Source: Octopus sinensis (taxonomy: Eukaryota). From it: a stretch of 50,427 bases of DNA. The notes beneath the pieces are model-generated. The model did not search any database. It was given only the letters and a program-made list of their open reading frames with translations, and was not told the origin of the DNA. The DNA lies in NCBI RefSeq assembly GCF_006345805.1, contig NW_021835143.1, positions 1-50,427 on the forward strand, in the 5' to 3' direction. The translations under genes and the position numbers were made by a program. Positions 34,382-45,900 of the stretch are shown here, one piece after another; within the stretch, counting starts at the first letter, position 1; every line of letters starts with the position of its first letter.

Positions 34382-35325
34382 GAAATTATCGTATACAGAG
34401 CTCAGGTGCGTCACAACTTGTCAAAAGTGCATATAAAGCATATGCAGTAATGTCTGAGAAGTGAACAGTGTATGAGTCAGATTGATGCTTGTGTGTGTAT
34501 GGAGGGGAGAAAATCAGGTGTAGTGTTGGCGAATCCAGGAAGCATGGAAGTTTTGAAGGATGCAGTGCTCCGACAACTAACAACTGATGCCGGCAGTCTG
34601 TTCCATACTTCAGCGTGTGTATGGAGGGGAGAAGATCAGATGTAGTGTTGGTGAATCTCAGAAAGCATGGAAGTTTTGAAGGATGCAGTGCTCCGACAAC
34701 CAACAATTGATGCAGGCAGTTTGTTCCATGCTTCAGCGTGTGTATGGAGGGGAGAAGATCAGGTGTAGTGTTGGCGAATCTCAGGAAGCATGGAAGTTTT
34801 GAAGGATGCAGTGCTCCGACAACCAACAACTGATGCCGGCAGTTTGTTCCATGCTTCAGCGTGTGTATGGATGGGAAGAGAAGATCAGGTGTAGTGTTGG
34901 CGAATCTCAGGAAGCATAGAAGTTTTGAAGGATGCAGTGCTCCGACAACCAACAATTGATGCAGGCAGTTTGTTCCATGCTTCAGCGTGTGTATGGAGGG
35001 GAGAAGATCAGGTGTAGTGTTGGCGAATCTCAGAAAGCATGGAAGTTTTGAAGGATGCAGTGCTCCGACAACCAACAACTGATGCCGGCAGTTTGTTCCA
35101 TGCTTCATCGTGTGTATGGAGGGGAAGAGAAGATCAGGTGTAGTAGTGTTGGCGAATCTCAGGAAGCATGGAAGTTTTGAAGGATGCAATGCTCCGACAA
35201 CTAACAACTGATGCCGGCAGTTTGTTCCATGCTTTAGCAACTCTTAGCAGGAAAAGAAAATGTTTCCGAAAGTCATGGAAGGAGCTGTGCTGTTTTCTGA
35301 CTTTGTAAAACATGTCCATGGGTGA
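34382..35325 (-). mobile_element. CR1 3' end with six tandem ~123-bp copies of the ORF2 stop region
   Basis: Each unit encodes AWNKLPASVVGCRSTASFKTSMLPEIRQHYT*; homologous to 16070-16400; single 3' UTR at 34382-34500. Confidence 0.92.
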
Positions 35326-35569
35326 TAGACAGGTGGAGTTTGAAAAGGGGCTCTGAGTTATTGTTAGTTGACAAATATATTTTATGAATAAAACGGACAG
35401 GGATAACTTGATGGATAAATAAATGAATGATGAAGTTCAAAATTTAAAATTCTCGGAAGGGGTGAAAATTGAGCCCCTTATTAAACTTTATAACAATATT
35501 AAATATTGTTTGCTCCTCATAAAATGGCTCACACGGGTAGTGCTTTATATTTAATTTAATTATTATATT

Positions 35570-35765
35570 ATTACGGAGATGTACTTGCATAGCAAGTGAT
35601 TTGATCTGAGATCGTGTGCTGGAACGAAAGCAATTGCAGTGTGGAAGGTGTTTATAAGCCATTTAAGAAACACACAAAAGCCGTTCGATTCACTTCAACA
35701 TTTAAGTTTAATTTGTCAAAATATTTTCGTCGCTAAAATCCGCGACCTGTTCACTGACAAAAATC
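35570..35765 (-). mobile_element. Penelope-like fragment with variant hammerhead architecture (35712-35761)
   Basis: Minus: TTTGTCA-gtgaacag-GTCGC-ggatttta-GCGAC-GAA-AATATT-T-TGACAAA. Confidence 0.5.
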
Positions 35766-35800
35766 CATACTATTTACGATTATTTAAGGCAAAAACAAGT

Positions 35801-38193
35801 AAAATCGAGCTTCTTTTGTTAATTTTTTTTCCACTTTTTTTCCAGCGAATTCCTATGTTTTTTCGATGACGGACATTTTGAATATACCAAAAACCATTTT
35901 TTCCAAAATTTTTAATTTCCCCCCCTCCCCACTTCCAAATTTTAAAATTTTAACTTTTTTTCGAATTTTTTTTTTTTTTTTTTAATCGACGTGAAAAAAT
36001 TATGGGTAAATTTTTATATTAACTCCCGCACAATTTTCTCTAAGAAAAAACAAAAACAAAAAAAAAACCTCGGATTTTAATATGCTACAAATCCCTTATT
36101 TTGGTTCGGAAAAAAGGCGGAGGGATACGAGGGGCTGATGTATTTAATAACGAACCATGTAATTCACACTTTGGAAAATTCATTTCTGTAAAAAATCTTT
36201 TTCTTTCTTAAACACACAAGATATGGTCTATAAATTTAGGATGTTTTCGAAAGATGCGACATTTTACCATCAGAATATATGTACTTTCTCACACAACAAT
36301 TAAGAGAGTCAAAACTATTGCAAAGGTTGCAAGACGCGACGAAAATTTTAGAAGAATAAGGAAGGAAATAAGTGGAAATTTTACCGGTAAGTTTGTTAAA
36401 TTCTAAGGCCCCAAAAGAGAATGACTCTCCCCAGACACAACAGAATAGGCTTCAACACAAGAACTCATATAAAGAATCTTGCAAACCAAATCCGAAAGCG
36501 AAATTAAGATGTATTTATTTTAAATCTCTTTTACTCTTTTACTTGTTTCAGTCATTTGACTGCGGCCATGCTGGAGCACCGCCTCTAATCGAGCAACTCG
36601 ACCCTGGGACTTATTCTTTTGTAAGCCCAGTACTTATTCTATCGGTCTCTTTTGCCGAACCGCTAAGTAACGGGGACGTAAACACACCAGCATCGGTTGT
36701 CAAGCAATGCTAGGGGGACAAATACAGACATACAAACACACACACGCATACATATATATATATATATATACATATATACGACAGGCTTCTTTCAGTTTCC
36801 GTCTACCAAATCCACACACAAGGCTTTGGTCGGCCCAGGGCTATAGCAGAAGACACTTGCCCAAGATGCCACGCAGTGGGACTGAACCCGGAACTATGTG
36901 GTTGGTTAGCAAGCTACTTACCACACAGCCACTCGTTTACATTTATTTTAAATTGTTCGTCCTTCTTCCCCACCACACAAATTAGTTTGGGCGCAATTTT
37001 TATTTTAATTTATTTTCCTTATAGTGAAAAGATCAATGGAGGTGAGGGCGAAATTTCCGAGGTTTCCACCTCACTCCACCCAGTTTTTCGGACCCCCAAA
37101 AGGGTTTTGTAGTATACTAGGAAGTCACAGGAATTCATGGAGATTAAGAATATGGGTGGGGAAGAAAAGTTAATTTCGAATTTTCCACGAGGGAACTCCC
37201 AAATCGATTCCTAAACCCCTCGCCAGTCCGTCCCGCTGTCTAAAAGCGAAAATGAATGACTTGTGTGTGCGCCTGCGAATGAACAGAGAAAATATGCTAG
37301 AAATAACAGCCAAATCTCACAAAACTCACATAACACAATGAAAGAAATATGTAGTCAATATACTCACTTTTCCTCAAAGGTTTCTTTCAGAGTAATTTCC
37401 CGCAGTAATATGGCAAAGTGAAACCAAAGTGTTCATCTTTTGAAACCTCGGCCATGTGCTCCGTCGGAATTTAGGCGGGAGAAACTTCGGCAATGTCTTT
37501 GAGAAATATTTAGAAATTCTGGAGATTTTTCTTCACCGTAAATCCATACATTTCTGAGACCATTTCATATCACCCTATCACCCAGTCAGATACTTCCATC
37601 GTCCTTTGATTCGGGACCAATGGACCTCAACGGGGTTCGTCTAAGCGCCGGTTTGTGCAAGGCAAGGGGTTGGGGTAATTTCGTATTTTTTTTTTAAATT
37701 GAAATTTTACAAACAATATTTGTTTCAAAATCGGAATTTCCATAGCCGAAAACAAGGGATTCCATAAAAACAATTTTTTTTTTCTAAAGAGGTGGAGTGA
37801 TCCGTTTATGTGAGATTTGGCTGTTATTTCTAGCATATTTTCTCCGTTCATCCGCACGCGCGCACGCACACACACAAGCCGTTCGTTTTCCCTTTTAGAC
37901 AGAGGGATGAAATGGCGAGGTGGGGAATGAAACAATTCTGGAGTTTCCTCACAGAAAATTTGAAATGAATTATTTTTTTCCCTCCATATTCTTAATCTCA
38001 AAATTTTTCCACGTCGACCGAAAAAAAAAAAAAATTCGCAAAAAAGTTAAAATTTTTTAATTTTGGGGTGGGAAGGGGGGGGGAATTAAAAATTTTGAAA
38101 AAATGGTTTTTGGGATATTCAGAATGTCCGTCATCGAAAACATAATAAGAATCTGCTGAAAAAATTTCAAAAAAAAAAAAGGGGGTCGATTTT
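35801..38193. mobile_element. Foldback-like element with ~390-bp inverted arms; left arm split by ~1.1 kb of insertions
   Basis: Right arm 37804-38193 is the reverse complement of 37140-37325 plus 35801-36000. Confidence 0.8.
36530..36935 (-). mobile_element. Family A SINE, full length, within the foldback
   Basis: Reverse complement of the consensus. Confidence 0.9.
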
Positions 38194-38591
38194 TTTTCGT
38201 GTCGGTGTACATTTTAACATCCTTTTTTGTATGCTAGCATGGGTTAGACGAATACATATGTTAAGTCCTTTTTTGGTAAAATTTTCCTTGTTTTTTTTTT
38301 TTGGTATTTTGACTGTCGGTTGTCATTCGTGTTACTAAACATCTTTTTTTAAAAAAATAAGCCGTCTCTTTAAGTATAGGATGTCTTATTCCATGTGTCT
38401 TTGAAGGCATTAAGACCGCTAGGCAATTTGTTGACGGAGGAAATGACAAAAACAGCAGAAATTCAAGCAGATTGATTTCCGCAGAAGCAGAGATATAAAC
38501 AAACACACACACACACATGTATTCTCACACACGCATGCACACACAATAATGTTCGTTTTTGTGTCAATATATAAAAACAGTTTAACGGCAG

Positions 38592-39365
38592 CCCTTTCAC
38601 ATTTAAACCAATCTTATCCTGCCCAAATATTCTACCCTATTTTTATTGTTCAAACTGGCCAAATCCAGCCTCTCACACTTATCCTACAATGTCACCGCGT
38701 GGCACCTTGAGCAAGTGTCTTCTACTATAGTCTCGGGCCGACCAAAGCCTTGTGAGTGAATTTGGTTGATGGAAACCGAAAGAAGCCCATCGTATATGTC
38801 TTGTTGTTTGCATTTGTATTTGTGTACCATTTCTCCATTTTTTTTCCCATCCTTGTGTTCTTAGCTTAGATTTTTCTTGGGGCTGGCCAGATTGGAGCAG
38901 TCTTGAGTATAACCAGTCAAAACTGCAAAGATGAGCTGGAACTCGACTGAAGATAGAAAACTCTGAATGACCAGTCCTTGTTTTATCTTATCCCTTTTTG
39001 TATCGTCTAACTATCTGGACGTTTTGTTGTCGCCTGTTGCACTCTTGTTCCATTTTTTGTATTCTTTTATATATATATATATGTGTGTGTGACTGTGTTT
39101 GTACCCCAACATCGCTTCACAACCGATACTGGTGTGTTTATGTCCCCGTAACTTAGTGTTTCGGCAAAAGAGACAGATAGTATAAGTAGTAGGCTTACAA
39201 AGAATAAGTCCTGGGGTCGATTTGTTCAACTAAAGGCGGTGCTCCAGCATGGCCACAGTCAACTGACTGAAACAAGTAAAAGAATAAAAGTACTACATCG
39301 GTGAAATCTTGAAGCTACAAGACAACGCTTGATTAATTCAAATCAAATAAGCATTACATTTGACA
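38592..39365 (+). mobile_element. Triple nest: MITE (38592-38694 and 39291-39365) containing a family A SINE (38695-39290) containing a T-rich fragment (38790-39062)
   Basis: Flanks align colinearly to the 15561 MITE (gttcaaactggcca...cctacaat | ...agctacaaga.aa.gc.tgatta.ttcaa). Confidence 0.7.
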
Positions 39366-39414
39366 GAGAAATAAACCGAAATTTAAAGATTTTTATACCT
39401 ACATATATATATAT

Positions 39415-39740
39415 GGCATCTTGGGCAAGTGTTTTCTACTATAGCCTCGGGCTGACCAAAGCCTTGTGAGTGGATTTGGGAGACGGAAACTGAAAGAAGC
39501 CCGTCGTATATATGTATATATAAATATATATATGCGTGTGTGTGTCTGTGTTTGTCCCCCTAGCATTGCTTGACAACCGATGCTGGTGTGTTTATGTCCC
39601 CGTCACTTAGCGGTTCGGCAAAAGAGACCGATAGAATAAGTACTGGGCTTACAAAAAAATAAGTCCCGGGGTTAAGTTGCTCGACTAAAGGCGGTGCTCC
39701 AGCATGGCCGCAGTCAAATGACTGAAACAAGTAAAAGATA
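39415..39740 (+). mobile_element. Family A SINE, 5'-truncated
   Basis: Starts at ggcatcttgggcaag; complete right half. Confidence 0.9.
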
Positions 39741-39959
39741 TTAAAATTTTATGTATTGATTAAGTCTTTCCTTGTTTGTTTTGCAAAATAGTGGTTTTGT
39801 CTCTAATAATATTTTATATATATATATATATATATATTAAATATAAATTTAAATTTAAATTTTCTGCAAAATTATTTCCGATATTTGCCATTTAATTCTA
39901 CGACATAAGTCAACATTTTATAAATATGTAGGCAGAGTTGTGCTTTACCCCACCCCATA

Positions 39960-40421
39960 TAACCCCTTGTAACTATATAGGTTTTGGGGAATTTTCAGAA
40001 AATTCTTTGCGAATTTGTGTTTCACATACAGGAATTCATACAATTTTCAAAAAATCAACACAAAATTTTTGGGGAAGTGATTTAATGCCTATTTAGCTGT
40101 TATTTTTAGCACATCTCCCTACCACCCTCCTGGTCTGTTTGCCAGTTTTGACGTGTATTGATGTTTTTCAATATCCTTCTCCTCATAAACACATTTAATA
40201 GTCTATTAATGGAATTTAAGCCAAAATTTAGGACTTTCTGTATTTTAAAATGTAATTTTTTTTTTGAAATTCCATAAATTAACCAAAAAATTTTTGTTTA
40301 ATTTCAGAAAATTAAAAAAGGAAAATATTATTTCATAGTCATGTCAATTCCCATGTGCAGAATACAAATTAACAAAAATTTTCTGAAAATACCGAAAAAT
40401 AAAAAAGCTATGAAGGGGTTA
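39960..40421. mobile_element. Degraded MITE with ~90-bp imperfect TIRs
   Basis: taacccctt...attttcagaaaatt...ggaatt versus aattcc...aattttctgaaaat...aaggggtta. Confidence 0.6.
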
Positions 40422-40491
40422 CATGCGGTGCTTGAAGCAGAATTCTGCCAACACACACACACATATAGAGAGAAAGACACGTGCAGGTGGA

Positions 40492-41000
40492 TGGCTTAGT
40501 GGTTAGGGTGTTACACTCATGACTGCGAGATCATGGTTTCAATTCCCGGATCAGGCATTGCGTTATGTTACTCTCTTTACTCTTTTTACTCTTTTACTTG
40601 TTTCAGTCATTTGACTGCGGCCATGCTGGAGCACCGCCTTTAGTCGAGCAAATCAACCCCAGGACTTAGCCGAACCGCTAAGTGACGGGGACGTAAACAC
40701 ACCAGCATCGGTTGTCAAGCAATGCTAGGGGGACAATCACAGACACACAAACACACACACATACACATATATATATATACATATATACGACAGGCTTCTT
40801 TCAGTTTCCGTCTACCAAATCCACTCACAAGGCAATGGTCGGCCCGGGGCTATAGCAAAAGACACTTGCCCAAGATGCCACGCAGTGGGACTGAACCCGG
40901 AACCATGTGGTTGGTTAGCAAGCTGCTTACCACACAGCCACTCCTGCGCCTTGAACAAAGCACTTCATTTCACATTGCTTTGCGATCATTTCGACATCTG
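40492..41000 (+). mobile_element. CORE-like tRNA SINE (40492-40568 and ~40950-41000) split by a minus-strand family A SINE (40572-40948)
   Basis: Head tggcttagtggttaggg...ggtttcaattcc; rejoining gives gcgttatgtt|cttgaacaaagcacttcatttcac, similar to ~44075-44105. Confidence 0.7.
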
Positions 41001-41172
41001 ACATATGGAACGTTGTGCACCTGTACAGATAATGTCAATTAGTGTAAGCTTCTGTGAATACAAACATTTGATCATTATAAACAAATCATCCATATGGATG
41101 TCCAGCAAGAAATTTCAGAACCATTGTACGTCGTCTAATGACAGGAGATTCCATTAAGTGTATATATATGTA

Positions 41173-41455
41173 TATCACCGTGACCGACCAGGCTATCAGT
41201 TGTTGCTACACATCGCTGGTCACAATGCGCTTCACATTGTTTTTTAGCCTTCAAATGACGCCACCCCGCTGGCTAAGCGAGCAGGCCAACAGAAGAAAGA
41301 GTGAGAGAAAGTTGTAACGAAAGAGTACAACAGGGGTCGCCACCACCCCCTTGTGGAGCTTTAGGTGTTTTCGCTCAATAAACACTCACAACGCCCGGTC
41401 TGGGAATTGAAACCGCGAGTCCGCTGCCCTAACCACTGGGCCATTGCGCCTCCAC
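41173..41455 (-). mobile_element. tRNA-derived SINE (family D)
   Basis: Minus head ggcgcaaTGGCCCAGTGGttaggg (A box)...GGTTTCAATTCC (B box). Confidence 0.8.
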
Positions 41456-41532
41456 ATACATGTATATATATATATAATAATATAAATAATATTGTCAGCG
41501 GGCCCGGCTGTGAAATCTTTTTTTTCCCACGA

Positions 41533-42042
41533 GAGTTCCGGACCCAAGTAATGAACTCATTTGCATACAACCGATCTGAGCTCACCTTGACCTTGTTGTC
41601 AAGTTAACAAACACACTCCACCAAGTAAACCCAAGACGAAGAACGGTGTTGTAAGTTGACCGATGACCAAGTTATGCCTGATTTTAGAAGGGGACAAGTA
41701 ATTAGATAGATTTGCATCTATACCTATTATCGGATTTTGTTAGGGGCCCCATATGGTAACGGTGTGGATGGGGAACATGCGGGTAGAGGGTGATGTGCTA
41801 GCAAGCCTCTCCCCTTACTGCTTTACAAAGTAAACAACAACACAAATAACTACGCAGAGGCAGCCATGGTTGGAACAAGAACAATAACAACAAGCATTCT
41901 TAAAAGAGAAAAGAAGCAAGGTCATTCCTTGCCCAAGGGACCTTATTTTATCGCCCATCCCTTGTTATGCGCTCATAAATTGGTTTGATAGTTGAGCTTT
42001 GATTGGCCGTATGCCAATGAGTTCATAACAGGGGTTCAGAAT
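41533..42042. mobile_element. Old ~510-bp element bounded by ~55-bp degenerate inverted repeats
   Basis: gtaatgaactcatttgcata (41548-41567) versus tatgccaatgagttcataac (42010-42029), 18/20, extending both ways. Confidence 0.55.
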
Positions 42043-42043
42043 T

Positions 42044-42302
42044 CATCATCATCATCATCATCATCATCATTTAGCGTCCGCTTTCCATGCTGGCATGGGT
42101 TGGACGGTTCAACTGGGGTCTGGGAAGCCAGAAGGATGCACCAGGCTCCAGTCTGATCTTGCAGAGTTTCTACGGCTGGATGCCCTTCCTAACGCTAACC
42201 ACTCCGTGAGTGTAGTGGGTGCTTTTTACGTGCCACCCGCACAGGTGCCAGACGGGGCTGGCAAACGGCCACGGACGGATGGTGCTTTTTACGGGCCACC
42301 TC
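42044..42302 (-). mobile_element. RTE 3' UTR end (family C)
   Basis: Matches 13109-13345. Confidence 0.88.
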
Positions 42303-42364
42303 TTGTGGGAAAAAAAATTTGCGGTCCAGCCAGTGTCTGAGGGGAACAGGTTTGGCTGCTATAG

Positions 42365-42597
42365 CCACGACGAGCTGGCAGAATCGTTAGCACGCCGGGC
42401 GAAATGCGTAGCCATATTTCGTCTGCTGTTACGTTCTGAGTTCAAATTCCACTGAGGTCGACTTTGCCTTTCATCCTTTGGGGATCGATAAATTAAGTAC
42501 CAGTTACACACTGGGGTCGATATAATCGACTTAATCCGTTTGTCTGTCCTTGTTTGTCCCCTCTATGTTTAGCCCCTTGTGGGTAGTAAAGAAATTG
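42365..42597 (+). mobile_element. SINE family B with alternative 3' tail
   Basis: Same head and centre as 3853; tail ttaatccgtttgtctgtccttgtttgtcccctctatgtttagcccc, also seen inverted at ~9980-10028. Confidence 0.85.
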
Positions 42598-43048
42598 GTA
42601 TTTAAGTTCTGTCTTTAAGTTCTCAATTTATCTTTACCTTTTCTTTCTACAATTGGTTCCAAAAAGCCTTCAGTGCCTTGGAGGTTACTTAAAACCATGG
42701 GAACTTCATACAGCTTCAGGAGGGGGAAGGATTTTCTTTGCGTGTTCCACTTAATCTTACTTTTGCATTCTTTTATTTTAATATTCTTCAGTCCACCCAC
42801 CACCACCACCACTCACCACCATCATCACCAGCCAAATTGTTTGAAGATGATGGTGGGGTAGTACTTTTGGTTTTAGCAAAGTGTGAAAACCTCTGAATGT
42901 TCCTGGCACTGAGGACCATCCTTAAAGCTGAGGCTAGTTGTTTTCAAGAATTATGGATGTCCCCTGTCCTCTCTTCCTCTTCTGCATTTTTAACTTCTCA
43001 AGCCCCCCCCCCTACACACACACACACATTTAACAAAACCCTCTTTAA

Positions 43049-43269
43049 CCCCTTCATAACCAACCCATCTGAAACTGCCTCTGGCTCTGAGTACAAATGT
43101 CTTGTTTTCATAAATTTTCAATTAAAATCTTCCACCAAACCTTGGTCACAATTTATGTTCCTAACACTAGCTTAATGATAACTAAGTTGTTTTATTAAAT
43201 TCTTTGTTACATTTAAAATCAATTGAAAGAAACACAGAGTATCTCAACAAAAATAGGGTAACAAAAGGG
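43049..43269. mobile_element. 221-bp TTAA MITE (22035 family, opposite orientation)
   Basis: TTAA|CCCCTTCATAAC...GTAACAAAAGGG|TTAA. Confidence 0.88.
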
Positions 43270-43856
43270 TTAAATCAGCCTCATTAGGTGACACTAACTC
43301 CAAAATGCTCTTTCCTTTTTGAAGCAAGAAGAGTGTTAATTTGAGTGATACGGCTGCTGTTTCTTGCATTGGAATGACCATGTGGAGTCATTTGTTATTA
43401 ATTCGTTTTATGTAAGTCTGAATACACCAGACTGAATTAATTAGTGCGTACAATCTAATGAGTCGTAACAAAAATGTCTGTCCACGTTAAAATGGTTTTT
43501 GTAAATATTGTTGGAGGATTTGAAATACAAGAAAATAATTGATTAGCTAACTGGTCAATTAATTAAGATTTAGAAGATGATTATGAAAAGATGATTAATA
43601 AGAAATAAAGGATGATTGGAAAGCATTAAATCTCGAAACAAAGACGCAACATGTAGCAAACAATAAACGAACTATATAATGCGGATTTGGGTGGGTGGGG
43701 GGTGTTTATAAGGGGTGGGTGTATGTGTGTGTTTGTGGGTAAGTTTCTGTATGTGTGTGTGTGTATGTGTGTGTGTGCATCAAACATTAGATTTAAATAT
43801 TTATATCCTACATTGAAATTCATAAACTTACCTGCATTTACCTGCATAATAATGAA

Positions 43857-44015
43857 CATGTGGCTGTGTGGTAAGACTCTTGCTTCCCAACCACATGGTT
43901 CTGGGTTCGGTCCCACTGCATGGGACTTTGGGCAAGTGTCTATTACTATAGCCTTGGACTGGAGCAAAGTCTTTTGGTAGATTTGGAGATGGAAACTGAA
44001 AGAAACCTGCTGTAT
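43857..44015 (+). mobile_element. Solo left monomer of family A SINE
   Basis: Head to gaaagaaacctgctgtata; another at 44788-45005. Confidence 0.85.
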
Positions 44016-44031
44016 ATAAATATATATATAT

Positions 44032-44072
<41 letters not shown>

Positions 44073-44075
<3 letters not shown>

Positions 44076-44330
44076 CTCGAGCAAGGCACTTTATTTCATG
44101 TTGCTCCAGTTCACTCAGCTGTAGAAATGAGTTGCGACGTCACTGGTGCCAAGCTGTATCGACCTTTGCCTTTCTCTTGGACAACACTGGTGGCGTGGAG
44201 AGGGGAGGCTGGTATGCATGGGCGACTGCTGGTCTTCCATAAACAACCTTGCCCGGACTTGTGTCTAGGAGGGTAACTTTCTAGGTGCAATCCCATGGTC
44301 ATTCATGACCGAAGGGGGTCTTTACCCCTT
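44073..44330 (+). mobile_element. 5'-truncated CORE-like SINE
   Basis: ctcgagcaaggcactttatttcatgttgctccagttcactcagctg CORE-like block, then a distinct body. Confidence 0.6.
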
Positions 44331-44344
44331 TATATATATATATC

Positions 44345-44673
44345 AGCGCCGCCTCGACTGGCTTCTGTGCCGGTGGCACATAAAAAGCCCCATCCGAACG
44401 TGGCCGATGCCAGTGCCGCCTTGGCTGGCTTCCGTGCCGGTGGCACATTAAAAGCACCAACCAATCGTGGCGGATGCCAGACTCCCCTGGCACGTAAAAG
44501 GCAACCACTACACTCGCGGAGTGGTTGGCATTAGGAAGGGCATCCAGCTGTAGAAACTCTGCCAGATCAGACTGGAGCCTGGTGCAGCCCCTGGCTTCCC
44601 AGACCTCGGTTGAACTGTCCAACACATACCAGTGCAGAAAACGGACGTTAAACGATGATGATGATGATGATGA
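44345..44673 (+). mobile_element. RTE 3' UTR end (family C) with (GAT)n tail
   Basis: Matches 5886-6080 plus upstream gtgccggtggcac units. Confidence 0.88.
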
Positions 44674-44704
44674 TATAGATATATATATATATAGGCATGG
44701 CTAT

Positions 44705-44790
<86 letters not shown>

Positions 44791-44944
44791 CATGGCTATG
44801 TGGTAAGTAGTTTGCTTACCAACCACATAGTTCAAGGTTCAGTCCCACTGCGTGGCACCTTGGGCAAGTGTCTTTTGCTATAGCCTCAGGCTGACCAAAC
44901 CTTTGTGAGTAGATTTGGTAGATGGAAACTGAAAGAAGCCAATC

Positions 44945-44976
<32 letters not shown>

Positions 44977-45317
44977 ATGTTTATGTGTCTGTGTTTGTCC
45001 CCACCCCATGAAGAGGGCTAATTGGGCCCCTGACCCAAAACTAAAGAGAGCTAAATAGCACGACTATAATACATCTATAATGACTAAATGCCCCAGAAGG
45101 TGTTTGATCAGAGGTTAAGGACAGGTGAGAATTAATTCTGGAATGCAATCATTCTATTGTTCCAGTCCCCTAGTTAAATTCCAACTGTTGGCCAGTTTGT
45201 CCCCAAGTTCTTATCTGGATGTAAAATTAACGAAGTAAATGTCATTTATCTCCTCTTCCATCTCTGACATCATCTGACAAACACCAACCAAGATGGTGTG
45301 AATCAGCCAAGCTTTAC

Positions 45318-45414
45318 CTGCTAGAAATAGCAGCCCAAATGCTTTTAAATCAGATCCCAATGCTGGATGTTCAAGAACCAGATGAAGGGCAGATTTTTCA
45401 ATCCTGGGATCATC
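45318..45414 (-). CDS. Candidate phase 0-1 exon DDPRIEKSALHLVLEHPALGSDLKAFGLLFLA(G)
   Basis: Acceptor ataccttttttggaatcAG|G, donor GCAG|GTAAAG, 97 nt, open frame of ordinary protein composition. Confidence 0.45.
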
Positions 45415-45516
45415 CTGATTCCAAAAAAGGTATAATATGTCTGTGTAGAGCAAATGTAGACTAAGATACAGGGGTCCCAGACGGACAGACAGAATTTCAC
45501 TTTTGTTATTATAGAT

Positions 45517-45720
45517 TACTCTTTTACTTGTTTCAGTCATTTGACTGCGGCCATGCTGGAGCACTGCCTTTAGTCAAGCAAATCGACGCTGGGACTTATT
45601 CTTTGTAAGCCCAATACTTATTCTATCGGTCTGTTTTGCCAAACCGCTAAGTGACGGGGACGTAAACACACCAGCATCGGTTGTCAAGCAATGGCTAGGG
45701 GGACAAACACAGACACACAA

Positions 45721-45765
<45 letters not shown>

Positions 45766-45900
45766 TACGACAGGCTTCTTTCAGTTTCCGTCTACCAAAT
45801 CCACTCACAAGGCATTGGTCAGCCCAGGGCTATAGCAGTGGGACTGAACCCGGAACCATGTGGTTGGTAAACAAGCTACTTACCACACAGCCACTCCTGT
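45517..45900 (-). mobile_element. Family A SINE with short internal deletion
   Basis: Reverse complement of the consensus. Confidence 0.9.

Noticed and set aside
38880-38980. Hammerhead in the T-rich insert (ctgaaga...gaaaa)
   Set aside because: No consistent helix I, II and III pairing could be built
43325-43410. Plus-strand exon ending at TAT|GTAAGT
   Set aside because: Short, weak acceptor, phase incompatible with the 33586 donor, and no other support
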